Positions 48,366 through 59,752 are shown, counted from the stretch's first letter. The stretch is 64,000 nt of DNA from Hyalangium sp. (GCF_045802625.1 NZ_JBJMQP010000096.1:37810-101809); one strand, 5' to 3'. A program made the numbers and translations. The notes: generated from the letters alone by a model not told the origin.

Positions 48366-49523
48366 CTATCGGGACAGGCGGGACTCGGTCTGTTGCAGGT
48401 GGCGCCGGGCCTGGGTAAGCGCCTGTTCCGCGGCCCGGGCTTCCTCCTCCGCTCGGGAGGCTTCCTCGGCCTGGGCCTGCTCCGCTTCCTGCGCGGCCTC
48501 GAGCGCTTCTCGTGCGCGACGAGCCTGTTCCTCGGCGGCTTCGAGCGCCTCGCGCGCCTTCTGGGCCTTGGTCTCCGCGGCTTCGAGTGCACCCCGGGCG
48601 TGACGTGTCTTCGCCTCGGCGGTTCTGAGCACGGCGTTCGTCCGCACCACGCTCTGGCGCGCGTTGCGCTCGGCTTGATTGGCCTGCTCCGCTTGTTGCC
48701 GGGCTTCCCGCCGGAGCTGTCGCAGCTCCACCTCGCGCTGTTGCCGGGCCTGGGCTTGGGTCTCAGCACGGCTTGGCCGCCGGGGCGCGGGTGGAGGGGC
48801 CGTCCGCTTCGGAGGCGCTGGCTGAGGCTTCCAGGGGCCGTGCAGCACCTTGCCGCCTGTGGGGGGAGCGCTCGGCGCAGGCCGCTCCGCGGGCTTCGCG
48901 GGTCGTGGACTCGGAGGTGGTTTCTCGGGTCTGCGTGGGGCTCTGTCCGTGGCCGCGCCGACGAGCTCGAGACCCGAGAAGGGGCCGAATCCCGAGCTGT
49001 GGAGCGGTCGCGTCAACATGCCTTGGGTCAGGGTGGAGCGGTCCTCCTCCGAGCCGAGCGCGGCGGTGCGCAGCGTCTCGTCGACCTGACGGATGAGATC
49101 GCCCATGGCGGGACGCCCCGTCGCGGCCAGCGAGGTGGTGACGTCTTTCATCAAGGTATCGAGGGCGCGCTGGAAGGCGCGGTTGGCCTCTTTGAGGGGC
49201 TCCGAGGCCAGTCCGGACATGGCTCGGCGCTGGGCCTTCTCGAGCGAACGCGCGGCGGCGAGGAGCTCCTCCAGATGATCCGGGTGCTGGTGCGCCAGTT
49301 GATTGACGACCCACGCGGCGACGACGGGCCGCTTGAGCTTCTTGATGGCCTGAGCGTCCTGGGCCCGGCCCTTGGCTGCGAGCTCCTTGGCGAGCGCATC
49401 CCGGGCCCGGGTGAACTCCTCCAGGGGCAGGGCGTACAGCTCGCGCTGCCGAGCGGAGAGCTCCGCCTCGCTGCTACCTCGCTTGCCTCTCGATCGGGGA
49501 GGCGATTTCGAGTGAGACGCCAC
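48366..49523 (-). CDS. Hypothetical protein with a Pro-rich middle and a C-terminal Glu/Ala/Arg coiled coil
   Basis: 385-aa ORF convergent with the MVP gene (9-bp gap). Its N-terminal roughly 150 aa look globular. The C-terminal region is EALEAAEE-type heptads. Confidence 0.5.
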   Translation of the reverse strand: MASHSKSPPRSRGKRGSSEAELSARQRELYALPLEEFTRARDALAKELAAKGRAQDAQAIKKLKRPVVAAWVVNQLAHQHPDHLEELLAAARSLEKAQRRAMSGLASEPLKEANRAFQRALDTLMKDVTTSLAATGRPAMGDLIRQVDETLRTAALGSEEDRSTLTQGMLTRPLHSSGFGPFSGLELVGAATDRAPRRPEKPPPSPRPAKPAERPAPSAPPTGGKVLHGPWKPQPAPPKRTAPPPAPRRPSRAETQAQARQQREVELRQLRREARQQAEQANQAERNARQSVVRTNAVLRTAEAKTRHARGALEAAETKAQKAREALEAAEEQARRAREALEAAQEAEQAQAEEASRAEEEARAAEQALTQARRHLQQTESRLSR

Positions 49524-49607
49524 CGATCAAGGTGCGATCCGACACTTCGAGATCGCAAGGGCCCGGGTTTATTGCATCGCGGCATCGCTGGCGGGATTAT
49601 CGTGTCC

Positions 49608-50402
49608 ATGCCTGGAGCTTCCCTGCCTTCCGCCCGCCGCATCCTCGCGCCGCTACCGGACCGTGACTTCGACCCGACGGAGATCGCCATCCCGTGGCAC
49701 GTGCTCACGCAGGCCGGGCATACCGTGGTGTTCGCCTCCGAGTCCGGTCAGGGCGCGCCTCGAGCGGATCCGCGGACCTTGGGAGGACCGCTTCCGAAAG
49801 GACTGCTCATCAGCCCCGAGGCACTCGAACGCTACCGAGCGCTGGAGCAGGACGCGGCGTTCCAGCGACCGCTTCGCTGGGAGGATATCGATCCCGAGGC
49901 CTACGATGCGGTGCTGCTGGCGGGAGGCCATGCGCCAGGGATGCGCCCGTACCTGGAGAGCCCCGTCCTGCAAGCGAAGCTCGCGGCCTTCTGGGCCTCG
50001 GGGCGGCCGGTGGGAGCCATCTGCCACGGAGTCCTGGCGCTGGCGCGCACCAAGGGCCCGGACGGGCGCAGCGTCCTGTACGAGCGGCGCACCACGGCCC
50101 TCACGAAGCTCATGGAGTTCGGCGCATACGCCACGACGTTCCTGCGCAACGGCCGGCACTACCGGACCTATGACGCCTATCTGGCGGACGAGGTTCGCTC
50201 CTTGCTCCGCCATCCGTCGCAGTTCGAGCGGGGACCGCTGGTGCTCGGCGGAACTCCCCGCCCCGAGGCCGGCTTCGTGGTCGAGGATGGCCACTACCTC
50301 TCGGCGCGCTTTCCGGGGGACGCCTGGGTCTTCGCGCAGCGCCTCCTGGCGAAGGTGGAGGCGGTGCCGGTGAGCCCTTCACTCAAGGCGGCGGGGCGTT
50401 GA
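49608..50402 (+). CDS. DJ-1/PfpI (class I glutamine amidotransferase-like) family protein
   Basis: Blocks YDAVLLAGGHAPGMRPY and GRPVGAICHGVLAL (nucleophile elbow Cys-His). 264 aa. The 5' two-thirds of track ORF 48393..50402 is antisense to the neighbouring gene. Confidence 0.7.
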   Translation: MPGASLPSARRILAPLPDRDFDPTEIAIPWHVLTQAGHTVVFASESGQGAPRADPRTLGGPLPKGLLISPEALERYRALEQDAAFQRPLRWEDIDPEAYDAVLLAGGHAPGMRPYLESPVLQAKLAAFWASGRPVGAICHGVLALARTKGPDGRSVLYERRTTALTKLMEFGAYATTFLRNGRHYRTYDAYLADEVRSLLRHPSQFERGPLVLGGTPRPEAGFVVEDGHYLSARFPGDAWVFAQRLLAKVEAVPVSPSLKAAGR

Positions 50403-50487
50403 TCAGATGAAGCCTCTGGCTCTCGTCTCGTAAGGAAAAGGCGCGTATCATCTTGGGAGCATCCGCCTCAGAGGAGCCGAGCCCCCC

Positions 50488-51204
50488 ATGACCTCTCCCG
50501 TTTCCTCGCGCCCCACGCTCCGGCCCGTGCAGTCGTCCGATACGCGGGTGGGGAGTGCTTCCGCCACGCGCAACGCGGCTCCCCCCGAGCAGCGGCCTGT
50601 CGACGTCTTCGCGCCCGCGGGGGTGACGGCCACCAGCGCCCGCCCGGCGGACGGGCTGAAGGCGTATGACGAGCTGGATGCCGTGCAGCAGGCGTTGCTC
50701 GGCCCCAATGGCCGGGAGATGTACCCGGGCCTCACGCCGAAGCAGCGGGGCGTCTTCCTCCTGATCACCCAGCGGCTCGAGCATAACGGGGTGGACCTGA
50801 CCGGGCTGCGGCTCAAGGGCGGCGCCGAGGGCATCCGAGGCACCAACCTCCGGTTTGATCTCCTCTTCGAGCCGGATCCGGCGGCGATGGCCCACTTCAA
50901 GTCGAGCGTGCAGGACGGAGTCCGCGCCGGGAAGTTCTCCGAGGACAAGCCGCTGTCGCTCTTCCACCAGGGAGTGAGCGACTGGGGCGTGCGCGAGAAC
51001 CGCACCCAGTACGCGCTGCAGATGGGCTTCGGTCCCGAGGGCGCGTTCGTAGACATGGATCGCTACAACCCGAGGCAAGGTGGCTTCTGGAACCACCTGA
51101 AGCACTGGGGCGAGATCCTGACGCCCGGCAACATGGACCCGTTCAAGGTGGCGCCGGATCTGGGCGAGGACATCTTCAGCAAGCTCCCGCCGGCAACAAG
51201 CTAG
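50488..51204 (+). CDS. Hypothetical protein (238 aa), unknown function
   Basis: Clean ORF on the coding strand with plausible spacing to its neighbours. I recognise no motifs. Confidence 0.4.
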   Translation: MTSPVSSRPTLRPVQSSDTRVGSASATRNAAPPEQRPVDVFAPAGVTATSARPADGLKAYDELDAVQQALLGPNGREMYPGLTPKQRGVFLLITQRLEHNGVDLTGLRLKGGAEGIRGTNLRFDLLFEPDPAAMAHFKSSVQDGVRAGKFSEDKPLSLFHQGVSDWGVRENRTQYALQMGFGPEGAFVDMDRYNPRQGGFWNHLKHWGEILTPGNMDPFKVAPDLGEDIFSKLPPATS

Positions 51205-51240
51205 GAGGCCATGGCCAGCACAGCGCGGGAGGAGGGCATC

Positions 51241-52560
51241 TCAGATACCAGCGATCGACACGTTCTGCTGGCGCTTCGAGAGCACCTTCACCGGCTGGAT
51301 CGCCATCACGCGCATGAAGACCGTGAGCAGGTCCGGGTCGAACTTGTTGCGCATCTCCGTCCACATCAGCATCAGCGCCACCTCGGGCCCGTAGGCGTCC
51401 CGGTACGGCCGCTTGCTCGTCAGCGCGTCGAACGCGTCGCAGATGGCGATGATCTTCGCGAACACTCCCAGGTTCGTCTTCGGGATGATCATCTGGATGT
51501 TGCCGCGCGAGTCCCTCACCGCCGTGCCGAAGTCCGCCTTGTGCTCGAACGTCGTCACCACCCGCAGCAGCGTCGAGCGCGAGAAGCCCTTCTCCATCAG
51601 GATGTTGCGCACCGAGACCAGCGGCGCCTTCTGGATCTGCGTCTTCTCCTCCGGCGTCAGCGCCCCGCGCTTCGTCGCCAGCTCGTCCGGGATCGTCGTC
51701 ATTCCCGCGTCGTGGAACAGCGCGATGTACCCCAGATCCCGCAGCTGCGGCTTCGTCAGCCCCAGCTCTGCGCCGAACACGATGCTCGTCAGGCACACGT
51801 TCACCTGATGGAAGACCAGGTACTCCGCCTCGCGCTTCGTCGTGGTCATCCCCAGGAAGTGCGTCTTCTGATCGTACGAGATGTCCACCAGATCCTGGAC
51901 GATGCGCAGCGCCTTGGACGAGTTCAGCGGCTTTCCGGCTCGCACCGACTCCAGGTACTTCTGGAGGAACACCACCGCGCGAGCGTAGACCGTCATCGCG
52001 TACTTCTTCCGGTCCACCTTCTGGTCGTCCGGGTTGTCGAGCCGGTCCGCATCCTTGTTCAGCTTCTCCTTGAGCTTGGAGAAGCGGGCCACCTTCATGT
52101 TCAGCAGCTTCCGGTTCGACAGGCCCTCCTCGTCCGCCTGGGACGTCTGCTCCTTGCTGAAGATCCACACGAAGTTCTTCAGCTCGGGCAGGGTGATGGG
52201 CTTGGTCACGGTGATGCCGCCCACGTCCTTGGCCCGCATCTCCGACAGCAGGTAGCGCTGGTTCTCGATGGAGTTCAGGTCCACCTTCACCAGCATGTTG
52301 TTCATGTAGAAGGAGTCCTTCACGCCCACCAGCTCCAGCCGCCCCTCCTTGGAGATGATCTGGTTGATGATGTCCTGCAGCTGGGTGAGCGGCTTCTCGA
52401 AGACGGCGTTGTCCGGATCGTACATCTTCACGGACCGCACCAGCATGTAGAGCCCGGACACCATGCCGCGCGCCAGCACCTGCAGCTTCTCCGAGTGGCC
52501 GCGGCCGAACTCGCTGGTGCTCTCCGTCTGGGCCTGGGTGATCTTCAGGTTTTCGGCCAT
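51241..52560 (-). CDS. HD-domain metal-dependent phosphohydrolase (HD-GYP-like)
   Basis: HD motif region IALFHDAGMTTIP and downstream Asp (ICDAFDALTSKRPYR). About 440 aa with a helical N-terminal region. Confidence 0.6.
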   Translation of the reverse strand: MAENLKITQAQTESTSEFGRGHSEKLQVLARGMVSGLYMLVRSVKMYDPDNAVFEKPLTQLQDIINQIISKEGRLELVGVKDSFYMNNMLVKVDLNSIENQRYLLSEMRAKDVGGITVTKPITLPELKNFVWIFSKEQTSQADEEGLSNRKLLNMKVARFSKLKEKLNKDADRLDNPDDQKVDRKKYAMTVYARAVVFLQKYLESVRAGKPLNSSKALRIVQDLVDISYDQKTHFLGMTTTKREAEYLVFHQVNVCLTSIVFGAELGLTKPQLRDLGYIALFHDAGMTTIPDELATKRGALTPEEKTQIQKAPLVSVRNILMEKGFSRSTLLRVVTTFEHKADFGTAVRDSRGNIQMIIPKTNLGVFAKIIAICDAFDALTSKRPYRDAYGPEVALMLMWTEMRNKFDPDLLTVFMRVMAIQPVKVLSKRQQNVSIAGI

Positions 52561-52564
52561 GGCT

Positions 52565-54334
52565 TCATGCCTCCTCTGCGGGCGCCGAGTCCCCGAACAG
52601 CGCCTTCTTCGTCTGGTACATCGCCTTGCGCGCCGCGGAGAGCACCTCCGTCGGCTGCGACCTGTCCTCCACCACGCCCTGCAGCACCTTGTATGACTGG
52701 ACGTTGCATGCCGCCGCCAGCCCTTGGATGGCCAGCAGCTTGTCGTCCGTGACCTTCTTCTTGTTCAGCAGCGAGGGCTTCACCGCCAGCATCTGCGTCA
52801 TCCACGTGAGCGCGTTGGGCACCGCCGTGGCGCCCAGCGCCCCGTAGAAGGCCGCGCGCTCATCCGGCGTCTTCTTCTCGAAGGCGCTGTCCTTCACGAT
52901 TCGCATCAGATCGATGTACGCCTTGTCCCGGTCGAGCTCCGGCAGCAGCTTGGCCGCCTGCATCCGCACCTGGGAGATGGGATCCTGGAGCAGGCCGGCG
53001 ATCAGCTGGCGCACCTCCGCCGTGTTGCCGCGAGCGATGATGTTCATCACCTCCAGCTTCACCACCAGGTTCTTCCCCTTGAGCACCTGGCCGAACATCT
53101 TCAGCCGCTCCGGGTGCTGGCACTTCTCCAGGATGTAGACGATGTCTCGCACCGTCTGCGGCCGGTCCGACTGCAGCCGGATGACGAACGGATCCGGCCG
53201 CTCCTTGGCGAAGCCCGCCAGCACATCGCACAAGAGGATCCGGTTCTCCGGCAGCTCGAGCATCTCCAGCACCGTGAGCAGGGGGATGATGGCGTGCTCG
53301 TCCAGCGCCTGGAGGTAGCGGGTGATGTCCGCCGGGTTCTTCGGCTTGCTGTACTTGAGCCCCTCGCCCATCCGGATCAGGCGCTGCTCGTCGCCCATCT
53401 TCTGGATGAAGTAGGACTTGAGCCGCGAGATGGGGCCGCTCTCCGGCTCCTCGTGCTGGGCCAGGGCGCGCAGCTTGAGCACCATCTGGTTGATGGTGCC
53501 GAAGTCGTCCTGGATGAGCATGGCGTCCAGCAGCTGGACGAAGATCTCCTCCAGCAGCGACACGTCGTCCACGCCGCCTTCCACCACCTGGAAGATGGCG
53601 CTCACCAGCTTGGGGAAGAGGCGCGCGTTCTCCTCCTCGTCGATCTCCTTCTGGATCCTCGCCTTCAGCGAGTCCGTGGCGTACGTGCCCTGCACCACCA
53701 CGCCGCGGATCTGCTCCACGCCCTCCAGCTGCGCGTCCAGATCCTCGGAGGACACGCGAGCGAAGCGCAGGTAGTCGTCCGAGTTCGTCTGCAGGCGGGC
53801 GTAGAGGTAGCCCACCACCTTGTCCACCTCGACGGCCACCTCCTCGTTCGAGGCGCCGTCCATGGAGAAGCCCTCGACCACCACGTACTCGAGGTGCTCC
53901 AGGCTCGCCTTCCATAGCTGGGCGAGCACGTCCTCCGCGCCGCGCTCCGGCTCCGAGAGCGCGATCAACGTGAAGGAGACCAGCTCCTGCAGCGTCAGCC
54001 CCGGCCGGAAGATCAGCTGGCGGATGCCGTCCCGGAAGAACTTGTAGGGCAGCGGCGTGTCCTCGGAGAACAGCGGCTCGCCGTGCAGCAGGAAGTTCTG
54101 CTGCTCCACCTTGAGCGACAGCGGGCCGTGCTTCTCCGTGTACTGGGTGATGGCCTCCTGCGCCCGCTCGAGGAACTCGGGGAACTTCGCCTCGTTGTGG
54201 CGGTACATCCCAATCTGCTTGATGCCCTTGAGCAGCTGGGAGGTGAAGTTCCGCGCCATCTCCACCTTCTCGCGTATCACTGGATCCGCGGAAGGTTCCG
54301 AAGGCGTTGGATGGGCGATCTGAGGCGAGGCCAT
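52565..54334 (-). CDS. HEAT/ARM-like repeat protein, unknown function
   Basis: 589 aa, all alpha-helical repeats. Lies 4 bp from the HD gene and 120 bp downstream of the sigma factor gene on the same strand. Confidence 0.5.
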   Translation of the reverse strand: MASPQIAHPTPSEPSADPVIREKVEMARNFTSQLLKGIKQIGMYRHNEAKFPEFLERAQEAITQYTEKHGPLSLKVEQQNFLLHGEPLFSEDTPLPYKFFRDGIRQLIFRPGLTLQELVSFTLIALSEPERGAEDVLAQLWKASLEHLEYVVVEGFSMDGASNEEVAVEVDKVVGYLYARLQTNSDDYLRFARVSSEDLDAQLEGVEQIRGVVVQGTYATDSLKARIQKEIDEEENARLFPKLVSAIFQVVEGGVDDVSLLEEIFVQLLDAMLIQDDFGTINQMVLKLRALAQHEEPESGPISRLKSYFIQKMGDEQRLIRMGEGLKYSKPKNPADITRYLQALDEHAIIPLLTVLEMLELPENRILLCDVLAGFAKERPDPFVIRLQSDRPQTVRDIVYILEKCQHPERLKMFGQVLKGKNLVVKLEVMNIIARGNTAEVRQLIAGLLQDPISQVRMQAAKLLPELDRDKAYIDLMRIVKDSAFEKKTPDERAAFYGALGATAVPNALTWMTQMLAVKPSLLNKKKVTDDKLLAIQGLAAACNVQSYKVLQGVVEDRSQPTEVLSAARKAMYQTKKALFGDSAPAEEA

Positions 54335-54454
54335 GCGTCCCGGGGGCGAACAAAGAGTGGGGGGGAACCCCAGTCTACTCTCTCGCGAGCCCCGGGAGAG
54401 TCCTGTAACCCGTGAACTTTCGGGATGCCATGTGGGGCAGGGGCCTACCCGGTG

Positions 54455-55345
<891 letters not shown>

Positions 55346-55718
55346 GATTGGGTTCTCCCGACCTGGGGCCTCGGAAGGCCAGTGAAAGTGGGTGTTGCTA
55401 CCGCTTGACGACCGCACGCTCCATGCCAGGAGCAACCGCGGTGCCAGCCTCTTGCGTGAGAAATCCCCTGGAGTGACGGGGGGTTGCGACAAGTCCCCTG
55501 CTGGGCAGGGAACCGCGGGTGGAAAGGGTTACAGACCGTCGCCGGAACCCCCGGTCCACGTGTTCTGTAGAAGTTGCGCGACTGTCTGCCAGTCACCTCC
55601 GGGCCCCAGGGCCAATGAGATGGTGCGTGCGTCCCTGCTTTCCAACCCAGTAACGGGGTGAAGTGGTGTCGTCTGGGGAGCAGCCGGGGACGAGCCCTCG
55701 GAGAGGGAGCGGGGAGGC

Positions 55719-57713
55719 TCAGGAGGTGCGGCGGGCGTCCAGGGAGCGGCGCAGGGGCGTGAGCAGGCGCTCTGCCTCTCCGGACTCGAGCGGCCGCTGT
55801 CCGAAGCGGGCCTCCAGGTAGCGCCGGGTGACGGGCGTCAGCGGCTCGGCCAGGGAGTGCTGCTCACGGGCGAGCCGCGCGGTGAGCTCCTCCAGCGTCT
55901 CGCCCTCCCGGGAGCGGACGCCGGCCTCGCGCAGCAAGCGCTCCACCGTGTCCACCAGCTGCGTGGCCGAGTGCGGCCGGGGCGCGGACAGGCGTGCGGA
56001 GAGGATGCGCCACGTGGCGTAGGTGAGCAGGCCCGCGAGCAGGGCCAGGCCCCAGACTCGCATTGGCGGCAGGCGCGCCGTGGAGTGGCTCGGGCTGCTC
56101 GGTGGACGGATGAGGCGCTGGGCCACATCCATCTGATCCTTCAAGGAGAAGTCGACGACGGAGGAGCGCCAGCGGGCCTCCAGGGCCTCGTACAGGCCGG
56201 TGAGGAACTGGAGCGCGGCCATGGACTGGCTGGCCCGGTTGCTGGGGGGCGTCGCGTCCACGGTGATGAAGCCGCGGCCGGGCACCAGCACGTGCGTCCA
56301 GGCGTGGGCGTCTCCCGCGCGGAGGATGTAGTCCTCGCCCGAGCGCTCGCCGCCGAAGAAGCCCGAGGCCAGCCGCGCGGAGAAGCCCTGGGTGCGCAGC
56401 ATGACGGTGAGCGCCGTGGCGAAGTGCTCGCAGTGGCCCGCCTTGCGCACGAAGAGGAAGTCCGCGAGCGGATCCTCCACGTCTCCTCCCAGCTCCAGCG
56501 TGTACGTGTACTCGCGCTGCAGCCACGCCGAGAGCTTCTGCGCGGCGGCCAGCGGCTCCTTCTCCCCGCCGATCACCTGGCGGGCCAGCTCCGCCACGCG
56601 CGGATCCAGCCGGTCCGGCAGCGCGAGGAGCTGGCCGTGCTCGGCCTCGGTCAGCTTGGTGGAGGAGTCCTCCTCGGGAGGCATGCTGGTGGCCTCGTAG
56701 GAGTAGGCCAGGCCGGAGTCCACGAAGCGGACCTCTCCGCCGCCCAGCTCCACCAGCGAGGTGCGCCGGCTGCCCGCGGCCGAGTGCACCACCGCGTTGC
56801 CCAGGCGCGTGGGCGTCTCCAGCGCCACCAGCGTCTGAGCGCCGTACGCGGGCAGCAGCTCGATTCGCTGGTGCAGCGAGCTCTCGCCGCCGGGCCGCAG
56901 CGTCACCCGGTTGCGCAAGCGCTTGAGGCCGACGACGCTCGTCCACTCCTGCCCATCGAAGGTGTCATAGGTGCGGGCGACCCAATACGCCCCGAGCTGC
57001 TCCAAGGCGGGATCCGGGGTGATGTGGGCTCGCAGCACCACGCGGGGGTTGCTCTTGAGCGTCCCGGCGCCGCCCAGGCGCACCGTGTCCGAGAGGCCCG
57101 TGGTGGCTCCCAGGCCCGGAGCGGCCCGCCGCGCGGCCATGTTCCAGTTGAGGCGCGGGAAGAGGAGGAAGAAGGCCACGGCGCCGCACACCGCGAAGAG
57201 CAGCCCTACCGAGAGCGGACGCAGCACCGAGCGCACGGGCAGCGGCTCGCCCTCGGGGACGGCGGCCTCCACCACGGCCAGCCCCATGGAGAGGCTGGCG
57301 CAGACGCAGAAGGCCAGCAGGAACACCACGAAGACCAGCTCGCCGGACAGCGCCGCGCCGCCGGCCACCATCAGCAGGCTGGCCAGCTGCACCTGCCCAT
57401 CCGTGCGCGCGCTCGGCTCCGACAGCAGCCGGTGGGCGGAGAGCAGGCCCGCGAAGGCGCACGCGGCGACGACGGGATCCAACTGCCCCGTGTACGCGGA
57501 GAGGCCCAGCAGGCCGGCCAATCCCAGCAGCAGCACCGAGGTGAGGGTGGGGCGCCTGGCGAACACGCGCCAGCCGAGCAGCGCGAACACCAGCGCCACA
57601 CAGAACACCGCGACCGTCCACATCGGGAACTGGCCGGACACCGCCATGGAGCCAAAGGCCGCCGCGGCGCCCAGATCTCTCAGCACCAGCCGCAAGCGAG
57701 AGGGCGCGCTCAT
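55719..57713 (-). CDS. Transglutaminase-like membrane protein (DUF3488 N-terminal TMs plus transglutaminase core)
   Basis: Multi-TM N-terminus. Core Cys-His motif FVRKAGHCEHFATALTVMLR...DAHAWTHV. ATGA overlap with the upstream DUF58 gene. Confidence 0.75.
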   Translation of the reverse strand: MSAPSRLRLVLRDLGAAAAFGSMAVSGQFPMWTVAVFCVALVFALLGWRVFARRPTLTSVLLLGLAGLLGLSAYTGQLDPVVAACAFAGLLSAHRLLSEPSARTDGQVQLASLLMVAGGAALSGELVFVVFLLAFCVCASLSMGLAVVEAAVPEGEPLPVRSVLRPLSVGLLFAVCGAVAFFLLFPRLNWNMAARRAAPGLGATTGLSDTVRLGGAGTLKSNPRVVLRAHITPDPALEQLGAYWVARTYDTFDGQEWTSVVGLKRLRNRVTLRPGGESSLHQRIELLPAYGAQTLVALETPTRLGNAVVHSAAGSRRTSLVELGGGEVRFVDSGLAYSYEATSMPPEEDSSTKLTEAEHGQLLALPDRLDPRVAELARQVIGGEKEPLAAAQKLSAWLQREYTYTLELGGDVEDPLADFLFVRKAGHCEHFATALTVMLRTQGFSARLASGFFGGERSGEDYILRAGDAHAWTHVLVPGRGFITVDATPPSNRASQSMAALQFLTGLYEALEARWRSSVVDFSLKDQMDVAQRLIRPPSSPSHSTARLPPMRVWGLALLAGLLTYATWRILSARLSAPRPHSATQLVDTVERLLREAGVRSREGETLEELTARLAREQHSLAEPLTPVTRRYLEARFGQRPLESGEAERLLTPLRRSLDARRTS

Positions 57714-58681
57714 GCCGCTGCCTCCTCGTCCTGGCGCAGCTGCTCGAAGCCCACCCAGGCCAGGGCGCGGAGGATGCGCCGCTCCTGGGCGCTGCCCGAC
57801 GCGGGGCGCAGGCGCTCACCGGGCGTCTCCAGGCCCACCTCGTTGCCCGCCTCGAGCAGCTCGTGGGAGAGGGCGGCCACCTCCTCGCAGCGCCGATCCA
57901 GCGCATCGCCCGCGAGGCCCGCCTCCACGGTGAGGACATAGGTGCGGCGCTCCTCGCGCTCGCGCTCCACCTTGATCAGCTTCCCGACGGCGGCGCTCTT
58001 GCGCCAGTGCACGCGGCGGGCATCCTCGGTGGGGCCCAGCTCGCGCAGTCCGGCCACGTCCCCCGTGCCGTCATTGCGGCGCGGAGTGCTCGCGTCTCCG
58101 ATGGGCCCCAGCCGCGCCTGGTCCGGGAGCTGGCACGCATAGCCGCGCCGCGGGTAGACCAGGAGCGTGCCGTCCACGTAGAAGACGCGCGTCTTGGCGA
58201 ACAGGCCCAACGGCCACGTGGTGGTGACCCGGACACCGCTCAGCTTCATCGGGCCGCGCTTGGGCGCGGTGAGGTCCGCTCGGACGATGTGCTCTGCCCC
58301 CGCGCGCAGGTAGCCCACGCGCCCCTCGCCCTGCAGCGGCACCTCCACCTCGGAGAGGGTGAGGGCGAAGGCGTGGCCTTGGCGGCGGACGAGCGCCCAG
58401 CGGTACGCGAAGGGCTCGCCGGCAAAGGCGGACTCGGTGCCCACGCGGCGCACGCTCAGGCGGCGCAGGCAGCGCTCGGAGAGCACCCCGGACACCACCA
58501 CCATGGCCAGCAGCAGGCCCAGCACCAGATAGAGCAGGTTGTTGCCCGTGTTGAGCGCGCCCAGGCCCACGCCGAACGTCACCACCAGGTACGTGCGTCC
58601 CGTGCGCGTCACCTTCAAGGTGCGCGGAGGACGCAGCAGGACGCGCAGCCGCGCCCAGAAGGCGGCGAGCCGGGCTCTCAC
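57710..58681 (-). CDS. DUF58-family protein (MoxR-associated)
   Basis: GTG start overlaps the MoxR TGA (GTGA). Two N-terminal TMs (TYLVVTFGVGLGALNTGNNLLYLVLGLLLAMVVVSGVL). Sits between a MoxR ATPase and a transglutaminase as in canonical operons. The track ORF has a spurious extension to 58843. Confidence 0.65.
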   Translation of the reverse strand: MRARLAAFWARLRVLLRPPRTLKVTRTGRTYLVVTFGVGLGALNTGNNLLYLVLGLLLAMVVVSGVLSERCLRRLSVRRVGTESAFAGEPFAYRWALVRRQGHAFALTLSEVEVPLQGEGRVGYLRAGAEHIVRADLTAPKRGPMKLSGVRVTTTWPLGLFAKTRVFYVDGTLLVYPRRGYACQLPDQARLGPIGDASTPRRNDGTGDVAGLRELGPTEDARRVHWRKSAAVGKLIKVEREREERRTYVLTVEAGLAGDALDRRCEEVAALSHELLEAGNEVGLETPGERLRPASGSAQERRILRALAWVGFEQLRQDEEAAA

Positions 58682-59658
58682 CGCGGCGCCACGACCTTCC
58701 GGGAGATCTCCTCGAGCAGGTGCGAGGCCTCCTCCCGGGCCGCGGCCCCCTGCACGTTGCTGCGCAGCAGCAGCCGGTGCGCCAGGCACGGCACCAGCAC
58801 CGCCCGCACATCTCCCGGCGTCACGAAGTCGCGCCCTTCCCACAGCGCATGGGCCCGGGCCGCCGAGCCCACCGCCAGCACCGCGCGCGTGGAGGCGCCG
58901 CGCTCGATGTCCCCGTGCTCGCGCGTCGCCTTCGCCAGCCGGACGATGTACTCCGCCACGGCCTCCTCCATCCGCAGCCCTGCGGCGAGCGAGCGCAGGC
59001 CGAGCAGCTCCTCGGGCCCCGTCACCGGCTCCAGCTCGTCCACCGGAGGCGTCTTGCCGCGAGTGATGAGCAGCCGCGCCTCCACCTCGGGCGACGGGTG
59101 CCCCAGCGACAGCCGCATGAGGAAGCGATCGAGCTGCGAGTCCGGCAGGGGATACGTGCCGGTGAGATCCAGCGGGTTCTGCGTGGCCACCACCGAGAAG
59201 GGCGCCGGCAGCGGATAAGTGTTCCCGTCCAGCGACACCTGCCCCTGCGCCATGCCCTCCAGCAGCGCGGACTGGGTGCGAGGCGGGGCGCGGTTGAGCT
59301 CATCGGCCAGCACGAGCTGCCGGAAGATGGGGCCCTGCCGGAAGGTGAACGTGGCGCTCGCCACGTGGAACACCTGCGCGCCGAGGATGTCGGCCGGCAT
59401 CAGGTCCGCGGTGAACTGGATGCGCGCGAAGCTCAGCCCACACGAGCGCGCCAGCGCCTCGGCCAGCGTCGTCTTTCCGACGCCCGGCACATCCTCCAGC
59501 AGCAGGTGGCCGCCAGCGATCAGGCTGGTGACGGTGAGGCGGGCTTGAGCCTCCTTGCCCTGCACCACGCGCGACAGGTGTGCGGCGATCCGCTCCAGAA
59601 CCGAGCGCGCGGAGGCAACAGTGGGTGCGGGGACGAGAGCGCGGGCAGGTTGGTTCAT
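58678..59658 (-). CDS. MoxR-family AAA+ ATPase
   Basis: Walker A GVGKTTLAEALA. Walker B/sensor LLADELNRAPPRTQSALLEGM. The start is ATG 59658 (MNQPARA). Confidence 0.8.
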   Translation of the reverse strand: MNQPARALVPAPTVASARSVLERIAAHLSRVVQGKEAQARLTVTSLIAGGHLLLEDVPGVGKTTLAEALARSCGLSFARIQFTADLMPADILGAQVFHVASATFTFRQGPIFRQLVLADELNRAPPRTQSALLEGMAQGQVSLDGNTYPLPAPFSVVATQNPLDLTGTYPLPDSQLDRFLMRLSLGHPSPEVEARLLITRGKTPPVDELEPVTGPEELLGLRSLAAGLRMEEAVAEYIVRLAKATREHGDIERGASTRAVLAVGSAARAHALWEGRDFVTPGDVRAVLVPCLAHRLLLRSNVQGAAAREEASHLLEEISRKVVAPR

Positions 59659-59752
59659 CTGTCCGCATAGTCTACCCGAGGCGTCCCCTTGGCGGGACGC
59701 CTTGCCGGGCAACGGGGCCTTCAAGCCCGCTCGCTGCCCGGACGAGGAGACT

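Noticed and set aside
48393-49607. First roughly 405 aa of track ORF 48393..50402
   Set aside because: It is antisense to the convincing minus-strand gene 48366..49523. Only the last 264 aa (DJ-1/PfpI domain, start 49608) are real.
52724-54353. Alternative-frame ORFs 52724..53917 (+) and 52860..54353 (-)
   Set aside because: They overlap the HEAT-repeat gene 52565..54334. That gene's frame gives a coherent amphipathic-helix repeat protein. The others are Arg/Gly/Ala-rich.
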